The notes under the pieces were generated by a model that did no database searches, was not told where the DNA came from, and saw nothing but the letters and a program-made list of their open reading frames with translations. A DNA stretch of 63,723 bases from an uncultured virus (IMG/VR IMGVR_UViG_3300031890_000412). Its lineage: Duplodnaviria; Heunggongvirae; Uroviricota; Caudoviricetes. Positions 54,628 through 63,723 of this stretch are shown here, piece by piece. The first letter of the stretch is position 1. Each line of letters begins with the position of its first letter. The translations under genes were made by a program, and so were the position numbers. Location: the IMG/VR virus record IMGVR_UViG_3300031890_000412, positions 62,001 to 125,723 of that record; one strand, written 5' to 3'.

Positions 54628-55014
54628 GTCATCGAATCCCACAGCACTCACGCCAAGATGGTCAGATGCCGTTCGTGCGGCTGGGTACCCGCCGTCTACA
54701 GGAAGCAGTCCAGCGGGCACATGCGTCCCACCTGCAGCACCGTTGCGAGAAGCCGCAGAGCCAACAAGAAACGGGACTTCGGACTCACCGCCTCGGAGAG
54801 AGACGCGTTTCTCGAAGGGAAGGCGTGCGAGATCTGCGGCAACACTGAGGACCTGGTGCCTGACCATTGCCACGTCACCAAGGTCATTCGTGGCGTTCTG
54901 TGCCAGCAGCATAACCGGGCCCTCGGTCTACTCGGGGACACCGTCGAGGGTGTTCGACGTGCCCTCGCCTACCTTGAGAAAGAAGTCCCGGGGGATCGCC
55001 CCGGGACCTCTTAG
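54601..55014 (+). CDS. Endonuclease VII-like (His-Me) homing endonuclease; start 54601 or 54658
   Basis: FGLT..E, CEICG, L.PDHCH.T..IRG.LC..HN..LGL..D, A.AYL. AATAAT lies 6 nt before ATG 54601. Confidence 0.85.
   Translation: MPVNGRAVHVIESHSTHAKMVRCRSCGWVPAVYRKQSSGHMRPTCSTVARSRRANKKRDFGLTASERDAFLEGKACEICGNTEDLVPDHCHVTKVIRGVLCQQHNRALGLLGDTVEGVRRALAYLEKEVPGDRPGTS
54985..55008. terminator. Hairpin between the convergent EndoVII and capsid genes
   Basis: GTCCCGGGG-gatcg-CCCCGGGAC. Confidence 0.55.
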
Positions 55015-55057
55015 CTCTATTGTTCCGCATTGGAATTCGCAGAACGAATTGCTGGAC

Positions 55058-56071
55058 TTATTGCTTCCGGAGAATTATGATGCCCCGGGGGTTCAATATG
55101 GCAAGTCCAACCAATTCGTCCATGACCCAGCCTTTATGGAACTGTTGGACGAGGTTATTCTCCTCGACGTCCAGGCTGTACATGACCGGAAATACTCCAA
55201 GAAATTCCGGATCCGGAGTCAGGTACGTGGTGCCGATCGGAATGATGATCGACTTGCCGATTTGGAATTCGCCGAATTGAACGATTCGCTCGCCCGCGAC
55301 AACGCTGTCCTTAAAGGCCCAGCCCGTCGTGTTGATATCCCACCTATAAAAATCGCGATATTCTTTTGGATTCACCAGAAGGCGCGTCGAGTCGAGCATG
55401 CGCTGGTCGGTGAAGGTCACCGCGTTGTACAGGTCGTCGGGTGCCAGGATGTCCCCGGCCACCGAGATCTCATTGGGAAGGCTGCCGGTCACCGGCGTGG
55501 CTGAGGAGTCGACGAGCCGGTACTGTGCGGCGGCCGTCTCGACCAGGGATACCAACCGACCATCCTCCTGGCGCATAATCGCCTGCTTGGAAAAGTCTTG
55601 TTGGTATTCGACCAGATTTGCCCGAAGGAAGTACAGGTCCTCCTTGCGAATAATGGGGAACGTCGCAATTCGGAATAATTGAACCTCAACGCGCTTGCCC
55701 TCGAACGGCGTTATCCGGATTTCACCTTCCGCGCCATGGAGAACATATGCCTGGCCGAGCTGGTCAAGAATGTCGTATTGAATTGGTACGCCGGGTGTTA
55801 ACGTATCTTCTAACAATACGTTGCGCAAAATACCCTGGTACCGCAATTGCAGCTGAATGGGGCCGATCATCGATTGGCCGAGCCGCAGCATGCCATTGTT
55901 GGCATCCCGCAGCATATGAGCCATCCGGACCTGCTTTTCGCGCATGGACAACTTGCGGCCGCCCAGACGCTGCTGCAACTGGCCCATCTGGACCACGAAC
56001 TCGTCCGATGAGCGAGCGGAACCGAAACGCTCTAGGCCGGAGCCGTGAGCAACAAGAGCTGGAAGTCCCAT
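55058..56071 (-). CDS. Major capsid protein
   Basis: 337 aa. LGQSMIGPIQLQLRYQG..RNVL.ED and GW...ELVG.AILNPRG, as in Bxz1-like capsids. Follows the decoration gene. Confidence 0.9.
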   Translation of the reverse strand: MGLPALVAHGSGLERFGSARSSDEFVVQMGQLQQRLGGRKLSMREKQVRMAHMLRDANNGMLRLGQSMIGPIQLQLRYQGILRNVLLEDTLTPGVPIQYDILDQLGQAYVLHGAEGEIRITPFEGKRVEVQLFRIATFPIIRKEDLYFLRANLVEYQQDFSKQAIMRQEDGRLVSLVETAAAQYRLVDSSATPVTGSLPNEISVAGDILAPDDLYNAVTFTDQRMLDSTRLLVNPKEYRDFYRWDINTTGWAFKDSVVAGERIVQFGEFQIGKSIIIPIGTTYLTPDPEFLGVFPVMYSLDVEENNLVQQFHKGWVMDELVGLAILNPRGIIILRKQ

Positions 56072-56082
56072 GGTCTCCCTCC

Positions 56083-56643
56083 TTAGCTTCCGGTCCCCAG
56101 CGCCACGCTCGTCGCGAAGAAGTTACGACGACCGCTGATGAGGATCTTGGACGTGGACACCACCGACACCAGGCTGGCGATGGAGTTGGAGTTGTTGGCG
56201 CCGGTCGGCGTCAGCACACCCGGGGGCTGCGTGATGCCGTTGGGCAGCACCACCGAGCTGGTGGTAGCGGTCAGCAGCTGGACACCACCGTGCTGTGGTG
56301 AGGCCCACGTTGCCTGCTGGTCGAACGCCGGGGCCAGAACCTCGAACAGGCCCTGCGGATCGAGCTGCCACACGGTGAACTCGTTGCCCCCGGTCGCCAG
56401 CACCTCGTCGATACCCAGACTGGGTGCGACGAACAGGCTGGACAGACCGAAAGGCTGACCGTTGCCGTCCCAGAGCGTGAAGACCTCGTCGTGGAGGAGC
56501 TTCATCACACTTCCTGGGTAGATGTCATACGTGCGCGGCCAGTTAGGGTCCAGGAAGCCCGCGTAGGCAGTCGCTTGCGTTTGTGCGTACTTGGGCATCA
56601 GGGTTCGCTGTTGCGCCGGGTTGTTGATTGTTACCCGCAACAT
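56083..56643 (-). CDS. Capsid decoration protein
   Basis: RTL.P.YA.TQA, DIYPG.VM and PFGL...F.AP..GIDE motifs; between scaffold and capsid. Confidence 0.8.
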   Translation of the reverse strand: MLRVTINNPAQQRTLMPKYAQTQATAYAGFLDPNWPRTYDIYPGSVMKLLHDEVFTLWDGNGQPFGLSSLFVAPSLGIDEVLATGGNEFTVWQLDPQGLFEVLAPAFDQQATWASPQHGGVQLLTATTSSVVLPNGITQPPGVLTPTGANNSNSIASLVSVVSTSKILISGRRNFFATSVALGTGS

Positions 56644-56681
56644 AGGGTTCGCCTCCTCTCAGAGAACTCAGGACCGGGCCC

Positions 56682-59600
56682 TTAGCCCAGCCACATCATC
56701 GCGTCGAACTTGGGGTCCAGGGCACTCTCTCGCTCGGTTGACGCAACCCGATGGCCCGAGCCGAAGCCCGGGGGGACAGTGCCTCGTTGAGCCCCGCGTG
56801 TCGATCCGGCGGGCACCCTGGCTGCGGCGAAGGCTCGTACGTTGGCCTTATAGACCGCGTCGAGCAGGTTGGCCCGGTCCTCCACGGTGGAGTGGCGAAT
56901 GGTCTGCAACCAACTCGCCAGCTTGAACCGTGCTTGGAAGGGGGCCAGTCCGCAGCGAACATAGGCCTCAGCGCACCGCAGCGCCGTGAGCCCGTCTGCG
57001 AACTTCTCCCGGGATGATTCGCGATTACTGCCACCGGCAGCTGCCGCACCCTCACCCGGGGCCCAGATCTGAGAGTCGACGCTCATGTCCGGATCCGCTA
57101 CATCATCACCGGCGTTGTTGGCGAAGTCCCCCAAGTCGAATTGACTTGCCTGGGCATCGGCGTCGGTCTCATCCGAGACCGGCCTCTCTACGTCAACACG
57201 ATCGTCCGGAGCTGCGACTTCCAGCTTCTCGTCGGCCTGTCGACGCATAGTGTTACTCCTTGCTTCAACCTTTTGTGCTTGACGCAAGGCGGTTTGCAGG
57301 GTGGGGAACAACGCGTCCAGCGGGACGCCCGCCCCCTTAGACCAGCGCGCGGCCGCCCGGGTGAGGGTTCCGGCGCCGTGCGCATTCCACGGCTGGCCGG
57401 TCACCTGGGTCAGCCAGTTGTTGAACTGGGCGAACCAGTGACGACTGGCGTCCTTGGGCTGCGTCTCGGTGGGAGACAGACCCACGTCCTGGAAGTCGTC
57501 GCCGCGCAGGCTCTGGTCGTCAGTACCCGACAGCTCGGGATTGGTAACGGTGGGCTGCTCGACACCTTCGGCGTAGCGACGACGAGCCTCCTTCTCTTCG
57601 CCGTCTTCGCCTTTGCGCTTGATGTTTTTCTTGAAGCTCTCCGGAATCTCCCCGCCCCGCCTCTGGCCTGCCGTTATCCGGTTGTAGGTGTCGATATCGG
57701 CCTGCAGGCTGCGGCTCTTCGCCTGGATGCGGGCCACCAGGTTGTTCTCGGAGTTGGGGGCCTTGGACTCATCGCCGGTCGGTGCGGCCACCGCCTCGGC
57801 CGGTGGAACGCCGTCGCCCTCGCCGTACACCGACGGAATGAAAGTCTCGGCTTGCTCACCCAGATCGTTCTCGCCGTAAGGCCCACCATCAGTGTGGCCG
57901 CTGTCGTCGGCCGTGCGGCGGTGCTGACGACGACCAGTCGTCGCCACCCTGCCGCGCTCAGACAGTCGAGGTGCTCCCACGGTCTGGGTTCCTTTCTGCG
58001 TGCCCTTTCTCTTCTTATTTCCTGACGAGGCCGACTTCACAGGTCGACGAGCCGGGCGCCGGGCGGATTCCTTGTCTTTGAGCCACGGCGGCTTGTTGTC
58101 GTCTTTGTCCTTGTCGTCGTCTTCGTCGTCATCGTCATCGGAATCGTCGTCTTCGTCATCCCCGGCAGTGCGGCGGGAAGACTGGCGACGGCGCCTGGCG
58201 GCGAACTGGGGTGGAGGGCCCTGCGTCTCGATGGGCGTGGGCGGCAGGGGACCCTCGTCCTCTTCGTCCTCGTCGCCCAGCTCGTCTTTCAGCCGGTCGA
58301 CGTCCTCCTCGATGTCGTCCACGATGTCCTCGACGCCGCCACCCTCGAACTCATCGGCGCCGCCGAATTCGCCGGGCGGCCCGCCACCACCGAAGTCCTC
58401 TTCGCCGCCCTCGTCTTCGGGAGCGCCTTCATCTGCCTGCAGCCACGGGGGGCGACGGTCGTCCTCGTCATCCTCAGCGGCATACCTGGTCCGTGTCCGA
58501 GCCATGGTCTTCCTCCTTGTTTTCCTCGCCGCTCTGGGCTGAGCTTCTGGGGCCTGCTGGCCCTCCTGGGACGGCGCCCCCACTTCCCCGACGTCCTCCA
58601 CCAGACGGGCGCTGTCCAGGCCCTGTTCCTCCTGGGTGCGGTCCAAGCGCTTCGTCTCGTCGAAATCGGGGGTCTGCAGTTCCTCGGGGGATTCGATGGA
58701 GTTCTGGAACGGCATATCCTCTTCGCGCGGGCGGTACGGGGTAACGAACTCGTAGTCGTCAGCGCTGTCGTCGTCGTCGTCCCTGAGCGTGTCGATGTCC
58801 TCGGGCGCCTCTTGTTCGCCCCAGGCTTGCTTGCGCCGGGCTGCACGCGTGCGCTCCTCGCGGTCTTTGTCCTCCTCAGAGCGCTTCTGCTCGCTCTCCG
58901 GACGCGGCCGGGGTGAATGGACCTTGGGACCGCGAACCGGCCGCAGGCGGGGAATGGCGGCCGTCTGCTGGCGCCCCCAACCATCGGCCTTGTAGGCGTA
59001 CACCTTGCCAGAGGGATCCACGTGAACGTGGTCGGCCTCGTAGACCGGCTCGCCGGTGTCTTTGTGGATGAAAGTGGTGTCGTGCTCGGGGTTGTAGCCG
59101 ACGATCGACATGGGCATGCCTTCTGGTGCCGGGCCCTTGTCCAAGGTCCCGTAGATACCCGCGTGCACGGTGCGATCGCCCTCGCCGGTTTCCTCGTTGA
59201 AGGTGTCCTTGTACAGCTGGCTGCCACCGGGCTGGACGTGCAGCCGGGCATTGCGCAGATGCAGGTCATCAATGTAGCCACGCACGTGCTTGCCGGTCTG
59301 CTTGTCGGGTTGGCGAACTGACCAGAGGTCGGCCTGAGGCTGCTTGGTGCGCCTCTGCCGATTGAACGCGTGCCGGTTGTAGTGGACGTAGACCTCTTTG
59401 CTGGGGTCGATCGGCCGGGCACCCTCACGCTTGACGAACTTGCCCGCCTCGCTGCGCTTTCCGGCCACGATCACCTGGCTGACCACCGCTGTCTCGTCCG
59501 CCGGGTCGAACACGTAGCTCAACTCGAAGAAGCCCAAGCGGTAGCAGTTCTCGTAGACCAGCTGGGGCTCGCCGGTGCGCGGATCCGGCAGGTGCTGGCC

Positions 59601-60203
59601 CTTGTGGAATTTGACGTGGTCGCACATGTCGAACACATCGGTCGCGCGATTGCCGCAGTAGCTGCAGATGGTGAACCCGGCCTCGACTCCCATGGAGACC
59701 GAGTCCAAACCACCCGTGCGGATCTCGTGTGCGAGCTTCGGGAACCGCAGCGCATCGATTTCCTGGATGACCTGCACGTACTTGTCTTTGCCGTTCTCGA
59801 TGTAGCGGGCGGCCACCACCCGGCCGCGTGCCCGGTCCGGATCGAAGTTGGCGTGGTTGACGAAGCACGGCTTGCCCAGGAACGTCTTGTAGGACTTGGC
59901 CAGCTCCTCGGACGGCCAGGCGTCCCAGTTCTGGTTGATGCGCGCGCTGATCGCCCGCACGGCGGTGTAAAGCATGCCGTCGCGGAACTGAAAGTCGGGC
60001 ACCACAGCAGCTTGTTTGGCCAGCCGGAAGGGCTGGATCAGCTGGGCAACCCTCTTGCGGTCCTCCCCGATGCTGGCCACCCGACCGACGACTTTGTGCT
60101 GGCGGTTGGCCAGGATGGAGGTCGCGTAGAACTGGCGCTGGGCACTCTTGAGCGCCCGCCGGAAGCGGTGTTCTACCTCGCGGTCACGCAGGTCGACGCT
60201 CAT
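56682..60203 (-). CDS. Prohead (capsid maturation) protease/scaffold polyprotein
   Basis: N.N.D.W, F.GKP.FVNH, SMG, CSYCG..C.H and FFELSYV.DPADETA protease motifs, then a long acidic scaffold region. Confidence 0.85.
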   Translation of the reverse strand: MSVDLRDREVEHRFRRALKSAQRQFYATSILANRQHKVVGRVASIGEDRKRVAQLIQPFRLAKQAAVVPDFQFRDGMLYTAVRAISARINQNWDAWPSEELAKSYKTFLGKPCFVNHANFDPDRARGRVVAARYIENGKDKYVQVIQEIDALRFPKLAHEIRTGGLDSVSMGVEAGFTICSYCGNRATDVFDMCDHVKFHKGQHLPDPRTGEPQLVYENCYRLGFFELSYVFDPADETAVVSQVIVAGKRSEAGKFVKREGARPIDPSKEVYVHYNRHAFNRQRRTKQPQADLWSVRQPDKQTGKHVRGYIDDLHLRNARLHVQPGGSQLYKDTFNEETGEGDRTVHAGIYGTLDKGPAPEGMPMSIVGYNPEHDTTFIHKDTGEPVYEADHVHVDPSGKVYAYKADGWGRQQTAAIPRLRPVRGPKVHSPRPRPESEQKRSEEDKDREERTRAARRKQAWGEQEAPEDIDTLRDDDDDSADDYEFVTPYRPREEDMPFQNSIESPEELQTPDFDETKRLDRTQEEQGLDSARLVEDVGEVGAPSQEGQQAPEAQPRAARKTRRKTMARTRTRYAAEDDEDDRRPPWLQADEGAPEDEGGEEDFGGGGPPGEFGGADEFEGGGVEDIVDDIEEDVDRLKDELGDEDEEDEGPLPPTPIETQGPPPQFAARRRRQSSRRTAGDDEDDDSDDDDDEDDDKDKDDNKPPWLKDKESARRPARRPVKSASSGNKKRKGTQKGTQTVGAPRLSERGRVATTGRRQHRRTADDSGHTDGGPYGENDLGEQAETFIPSVYGEGDGVPPAEAVAAPTGDESKAPNSENNLVARIQAKSRSLQADIDTYNRITAGQRRGGEIPESFKKNIKRKGEDGEEKEARRRYAEGVEQPTVTNPELSGTDDQSLRGDDFQDVGLSPTETQPKDASRHWFAQFNNWLTQVTGQPWNAHGAGTLTRAAARWSKGAGVPLDALFPTLQTALRQAQKVEARSNTMRRQADEKLEVAAPDDRVDVERPVSDETDADAQASQFDLGDFANNAGDDVADPDMSVDSQIWAPGEGAAAAGGSNRESSREKFADGLTALRCAEAYVRCGLAPFQARFKLASWLQTIRHSTVEDRANLLDAVYKANVRAFAAARVPAGSTRGAQRGTVPPGFGSGHRVASTERESALDPKFDAMMWLG

Positions 60204-63200
60204 TGGACGTAATGAGTCCCTTGGAGGTTTAAACCGTCCAGGTTGCGCGCACCCTGCGGGTGATACTCGTTCATCAGGTCGGCCTGCTCCTGGGCCGAGT
60301 AGTTACGCCCGGCCTGCTTCAGGAATCCGGCTGCCGCACCGGCGATATCGGAGTCGGAGAAGGTGCCGCGTCGGCCGCCTCCGCTGACAGCTGGACCGGC
60401 GCCGTAGACGCCCATCATGGCCTGGCGCCGGGAACCACCCTGCGGTGCACCGCGACCACGGCCGTATTGCCCACCAGCTGTCGTGGCCTGGAACTGCCGC
60501 ACCACGTCGGAGTTGTCGTGTAGGGAGGCCAGTGCCAGCAGCTCGGGTGCGGCTTCGGCCATCTCACCACCCTCGGCCGCCTCACCACCTTCGCCGCCGC
60601 CGCCGCCGCCTTTACCGCCGGGCATGCCGGGCATGCCGGGGATCTTGGGCAGCATCTGCTGAACCTCGTCCACACCGGGAATCTTGGGGATCGGGCTCTC
60701 GTCGTCGTCGGGGTCAGGCGGGGTGGTGCCCCAGCCGGGCGGCATCGTGGACGGGTCGAAAGCGACACGACGCTCGTAGCGGGCGTTGCGCTCGCGGATA
60801 CCATCCCTGATCGAAGGCCGGTGACTGGCGTAGCTGGTGCCCGGCGACGTCGGGTTGACCATGTCACCGGGCGCACCACCGGACAACGGCGCGAAGCCGG
60901 TGTTACCACCGAATCCGGCGCCCGAGACTCCGGCGCTGGCGGGCAAGACGGGAGCGATAGGGGGAGCGAAACCACCACCCTGGCTGCCGCCACCGGACGG
61001 CTGATCAAGCATGTGTGTGGTATTCCCGGCACCGCCGGTGCCACCGCCACCCAAGGGATCCCTAGTGGGTGCCCCCGGGGTGAATGGCATGGTGGCTGCC
61101 CCGCCACCGCCGCCGCCGGTGAAATCGCCGGGATCGGAAGAAGTGTCACCACCACTGAAGTCGAAGTCGCCACCGGCATTACTGCTGAAGTCGCCCTCGT
61201 CGGCGTAGTGGAAGCTGGCCGTCGAAGGCAGGCCCGACTCGCTCATGTCGTCGCCCGCGTTCATCAGCGGTGCGCCACCGGCGACGTCCATCGGGCCCTG
61301 CGGACCGATGTTGGGACCCATCGGACTCGTCGAACTGGTCTCGCTAGAAAACAAGTCGGCCAGGAACGGCGGCAGTACCCCGGCTTCATGGGCGCCGCCC
61401 GGCGGGGTGCTGGGCTCCTTGGACGCATTCACGTCGGAGTCGGAGTCGTTGTACTTGAGGATGTCGCCGTCGGGCAGGTTGGTGACGTCCTGGAAGTTGG
61501 GCCGCTCGTGCTCGTCGATGTAGTCGGCCGAGCTGGAATACCAGTCTTTGGGATCGCGACCGGATCCGGCGAAGCCGCCGTCCAACCAGCCGCCGTCACC
61601 CTTGTCCATGAACCCGCCGTCGGCCTCGTGAAGGGAAGCCGAGAAGTAGCTGGCGTCGGTCCCGGCGTCGTGCAGATCGTCGATCAGGTCGCGGATCTCG
61701 TCGTTGTGCTCGTCCATGTGACCGAAGTTGTCGGAGAGCGGTTCCTGGTTCTTCTTGCGCAGCTTGTTCAGATCGCTGGTGGCCTCCCCGGCATCCGGCC
61801 TGGGGGCGTTGCGCACCGGGTCGGTGACGCTCTGGGTGTCGGCATCGGCCAGGTGCCAGCCCGGTGGCAGGATGCTGCCGGGGTGAACGGTGAAGTGCTC
61901 GATGTCGGGCTCGGCGTGCTTCTCGTCGTTGCGCTCGCGCTGCTTGTTCTTGACCCGGTCGTCGTGCTCGGACGCAGCCGTCTTGTCGGTCATGATCTGA
62001 CCGGGGCCGGTCGTGGTCCGCTCGTCCTTGGTGACGTCGACCAAATGCTCGGGCTCGCCCTCGGGCACGAACTGGATGTCGGGCGTGAGACTGTGCGGGG
62101 TCATCCGCAGCATCTCGCGACCTTCCTTGTACACCTGATCGGGATCGAAGGTGTAGGGCACGTCGAACTGGCGCTCCGGCGTGGTGCGGAGGTGGTCCTC
62201 GGCGTAGTCGTAGAGCTGGGCGACTTCGTCCTCGGTGTAGGGATCGTCGTCGTCGTCGCGGGAGCGGGTGACGAAGTTGGCCACCCCGTCGATGTCGGTC
62301 GGCTGGCCGTTGTCCTCGGCCCACTTCTTGAACTCTTCGACCACACCCGACGTCCTGAAACGGGTACCTTTGCCCGGTCGATCGAACGCTGAGCGCATTT
62401 CCTGGTAGGCGGCGTAGGCATGACTGCAGAAACGCCCCACGTACGTCAGGCGGCGTTTGAAGGCCCATCGCCCCCACGGGCAGCCGCAGCGCCACGCGGT
62501 GACGGACTGGTTACCGAGATCGAACACGTTCCCGCGAATGATCATGCAGTCGTAGAAGCCGTGATCACCCTGGACGGTCGCTGAGATGATCTCCGGAGTG
62601 TTCTGCTTGATGTGCACCCGCCCCTCGGTGCGCAGCCGCTTGGCCTTGCGCTGGACGTCGCGCCAGGCCGCCTCGCGGATCACCGGATCGGACTGGACCA
62701 GATCCATCTCCATGCCGACACGCGGATCTAGACCGTAGCTGGCGTCGTCGATCGCGGCCTGACGCTGCATGACATCCATCGCGGTGGCGATGGGGTCGGT
62801 GAAGTCGGACGCCAGCGGACGCACGTCGGCGAAGTGGGCGGGCATGTCGGTGGGCGGCTCGATGTCGAAGACGTTGGCCACCGGCCGCAGCCGGTCCATG
62901 AGCGATGGACCGCCCTTGTAGCGGTGTTCGGTCTTCTTCTTGCCGGGACCCGGCACCCGCTTCATGAAGACGTTCTCTTCGTTGCCGGGGTCCCTGACCA
63001 GCTCGGGCGCCGCACCGTGCGGCAGTGTCTCGCTGAAGTAGTCATCGTGCTCAAACGGATCGCGATGCCGTCCCCCGGCCTCGTGGCAGCTGGCGCACAC
63101 CATGGAGCCACGCCAGGCGGGCTGGAAGATGTCGTCGGAGCGCGGCGGCTTGGGACTGCGGCGGTTCTTCATATGCCGGTACGGGTTGTGCCACGCACCG

Positions 63201-63723
63201 CAGTCGGGGCAGCTGTACCACTCGGGCTCGTCACCTTGGAACATCTCGGTGCCCGTCTCACCAGACGGGGAGACGCGATCAAAGGGATAGACCGGATTGT
63301 CGCTCGGCCGCAGCTGGGGACCCTCGGGTGCCTCCCTGGTGCGCTCACGGGGCTCATGAGAGGGCTTGTCCTCATGGAACGGCTTGTGGCGCGACCGGGT
63401 CAACTCCTCGATGCCGCCCTGCCGAGTCTGATGCTGGTCGTGATACTGAGGAAAGGTGCCACGTCCAAGCTCAAAATCAGAAGGTTCCTCGTCCGCCCAC
63501 TGACGCTCGTACTCGTTCTCCTCGGGCCCGTAGTCGTCGTAGTGCGGGTTCTGCAGCCAGTGCGGCTCGGGCTCGTCGGTGCCCAGCACGATCTGTGGGC
63601 GCTCGCGCATCGCGCTGTGGGCGCCGGTGGCGAACAGGTTGGGTTTGGGTCCCGGCCCCTTGTCTTCGCCACGGCTGCGCAAGCTCAGCGAGTCACTGGG
63701 ACGCAAGCGCTCGTCGGGATCAA
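60200..63723 (-). CDS. Large head-associated SWIM zinc-finger protein (5' end outside window)
   Basis: W.DV..KAKRL..G.V, V.GDHG.Y and W.CGC.W...RFCSHA.A (SWIM). C-terminal Y...EQ..L..E..GARNL..L.L.GTHY. Frame open to the window edge. Confidence 0.8.
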   Translation of the reverse strand, partial: DPDERLRPSDSLSLRSRGEDKGPGPKPNLFATGAHSAMRERPQIVLGTDEPEPHWLQNPHYDDYGPEENEYERQWADEEPSDFELGRGTFPQYHDQHQTRQGGIEELTRSRHKPFHEDKPSHEPRERTREAPEGPQLRPSDNPVYPFDRVSPSGETGTEMFQGDEPEWYSCPDCGAWHNPYRHMKNRRSPKPPRSDDIFQPAWRGSMVCASCHEAGGRHRDPFEHDDYFSETLPHGAAPELVRDPGNEENVFMKRVPGPGKKKTEHRYKGGPSLMDRLRPVANVFDIEPPTDMPAHFADVRPLASDFTDPIATAMDVMQRQAAIDDASYGLDPRVGMEMDLVQSDPVIREAAWRDVQRKAKRLRTEGRVHIKQNTPEIISATVQGDHGFYDCMIIRGNVFDLGNQSVTAWRCGCPWGRWAFKRRLTYVGRFCSHAYAAYQEMRSAFDRPGKGTRFRTSGVVEEFKKWAEDNGQPTDIDGVANFVTRSRDDDDDPYTEDEVAQLYDYAEDHLRTTPERQFDVPYTFDPDQVYKEGREMLRMTPHSLTPDIQFVPEGEPEHLVDVTKDERTTTGPGQIMTDKTAASEHDDRVKNKQRERNDEKHAEPDIEHFTVHPGSILPPGWHLADADTQSVTDPVRNAPRPDAGEATSDLNKLRKKNQEPLSDNFGHMDEHNDEIRDLIDDLHDAGTDASYFSASLHEADGGFMDKGDGGWLDGGFAGSGRDPKDWYSSSADYIDEHERPNFQDVTNLPDGDILKYNDSDSDVNASKEPSTPPGGAHEAGVLPPFLADLFSSETSSTSPMGPNIGPQGPMDVAGGAPLMNAGDDMSESGLPSTASFHYADEGDFSSNAGGDFDFSGGDTSSDPGDFTGGGGGGAATMPFTPGAPTRDPLGGGGTGGAGNTTHMLDQPSGGGSQGGGFAPPIAPVLPASAGVSGAGFGGNTGFAPLSGGAPGDMVNPTSPGTSYASHRPSIRDGIRERNARYERRVAFDPSTMPPGWGTTPPDPDDDESPIPKIPGVDEVQQMLPKIPGMPGMPGGKGGGGGGEGGEAAEGGEMAEAAPELLALASLHDNSDVVRQFQATTAGGQYGRGRGAPQGGSRRQAMMGVYGAGPAVSGGGRRGTFSDSDIAGAAAGFLKQAGRNYSAQEQADLMNEYHPQGARNLDGLNLQGTHYVQ

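Noticed and set aside
52951..55504. 687-aa and 388-aa plus-strand ORFs
   Set aside because: Only the last ~137 codons of the 687-aa frame (EndoVII) look real. The rest is antisense to the DUF7178-like and capsid genes.
1..63723. Bacterial contractile injection system or integrated prophage
   Set aside because: Capsid, protease and replication genes are present, and no host genes, integrase or att site are seen in the window.

Overview
The window is part of a large, GC-rich tailed-phage genome with a contractile tail. Gene order and content resemble Bxz1/Cluster C-type mycobacteriophages; this rests on recognition and was not confirmed by a database search. About 9.3-63.7 kb is an almost continuous minus-strand virion module. 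In transcription order it encodes a SWIM-domain head protein, prohead protease/scaffold, decoration protein, major capsid, neck proteins, sheath, tube, frameshifted tail chaperones, tape measure, a hub with transglycosylase and NlpC/P60 domains, spike and fibres, gp25, baseplate J carrying an intein, and further baseplate proteins. About 0-9.3 kb holds UvrD and SNF2 helicases, an HNH nuclease, a 2OG-Fe(II) oxygenase, ParB-like and glycosyltransferase-like genes, and small early genes sharing a repeated promoter/operator motif. The best candidate for a new system is a set of head-module polyproteins whose domains are separated by recurrent [K/R/H]-x-[A/G] linkers. They appear to carry enzymatic cargo: a NadD-like NAD-synthesis domain, a HEXXH metallopeptidase, two ADP-ribosyltransferase-like domains, and a phage domain inserted into the protease itself. 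This suggests protease-released, virion-packaged effectors. Other oddities are an intein in baseplate J, two serine-less cutinase domains in a baseplate protein, nested internal starts in the protease gene, apparent ATT/CTG/ATC start codons, and AT-shifted codon patches beside free-standing homing endonucleases and at fibre tips. I recognised no tRNA, CRISPR array or integrase. All family calls come from motifs read by eye.
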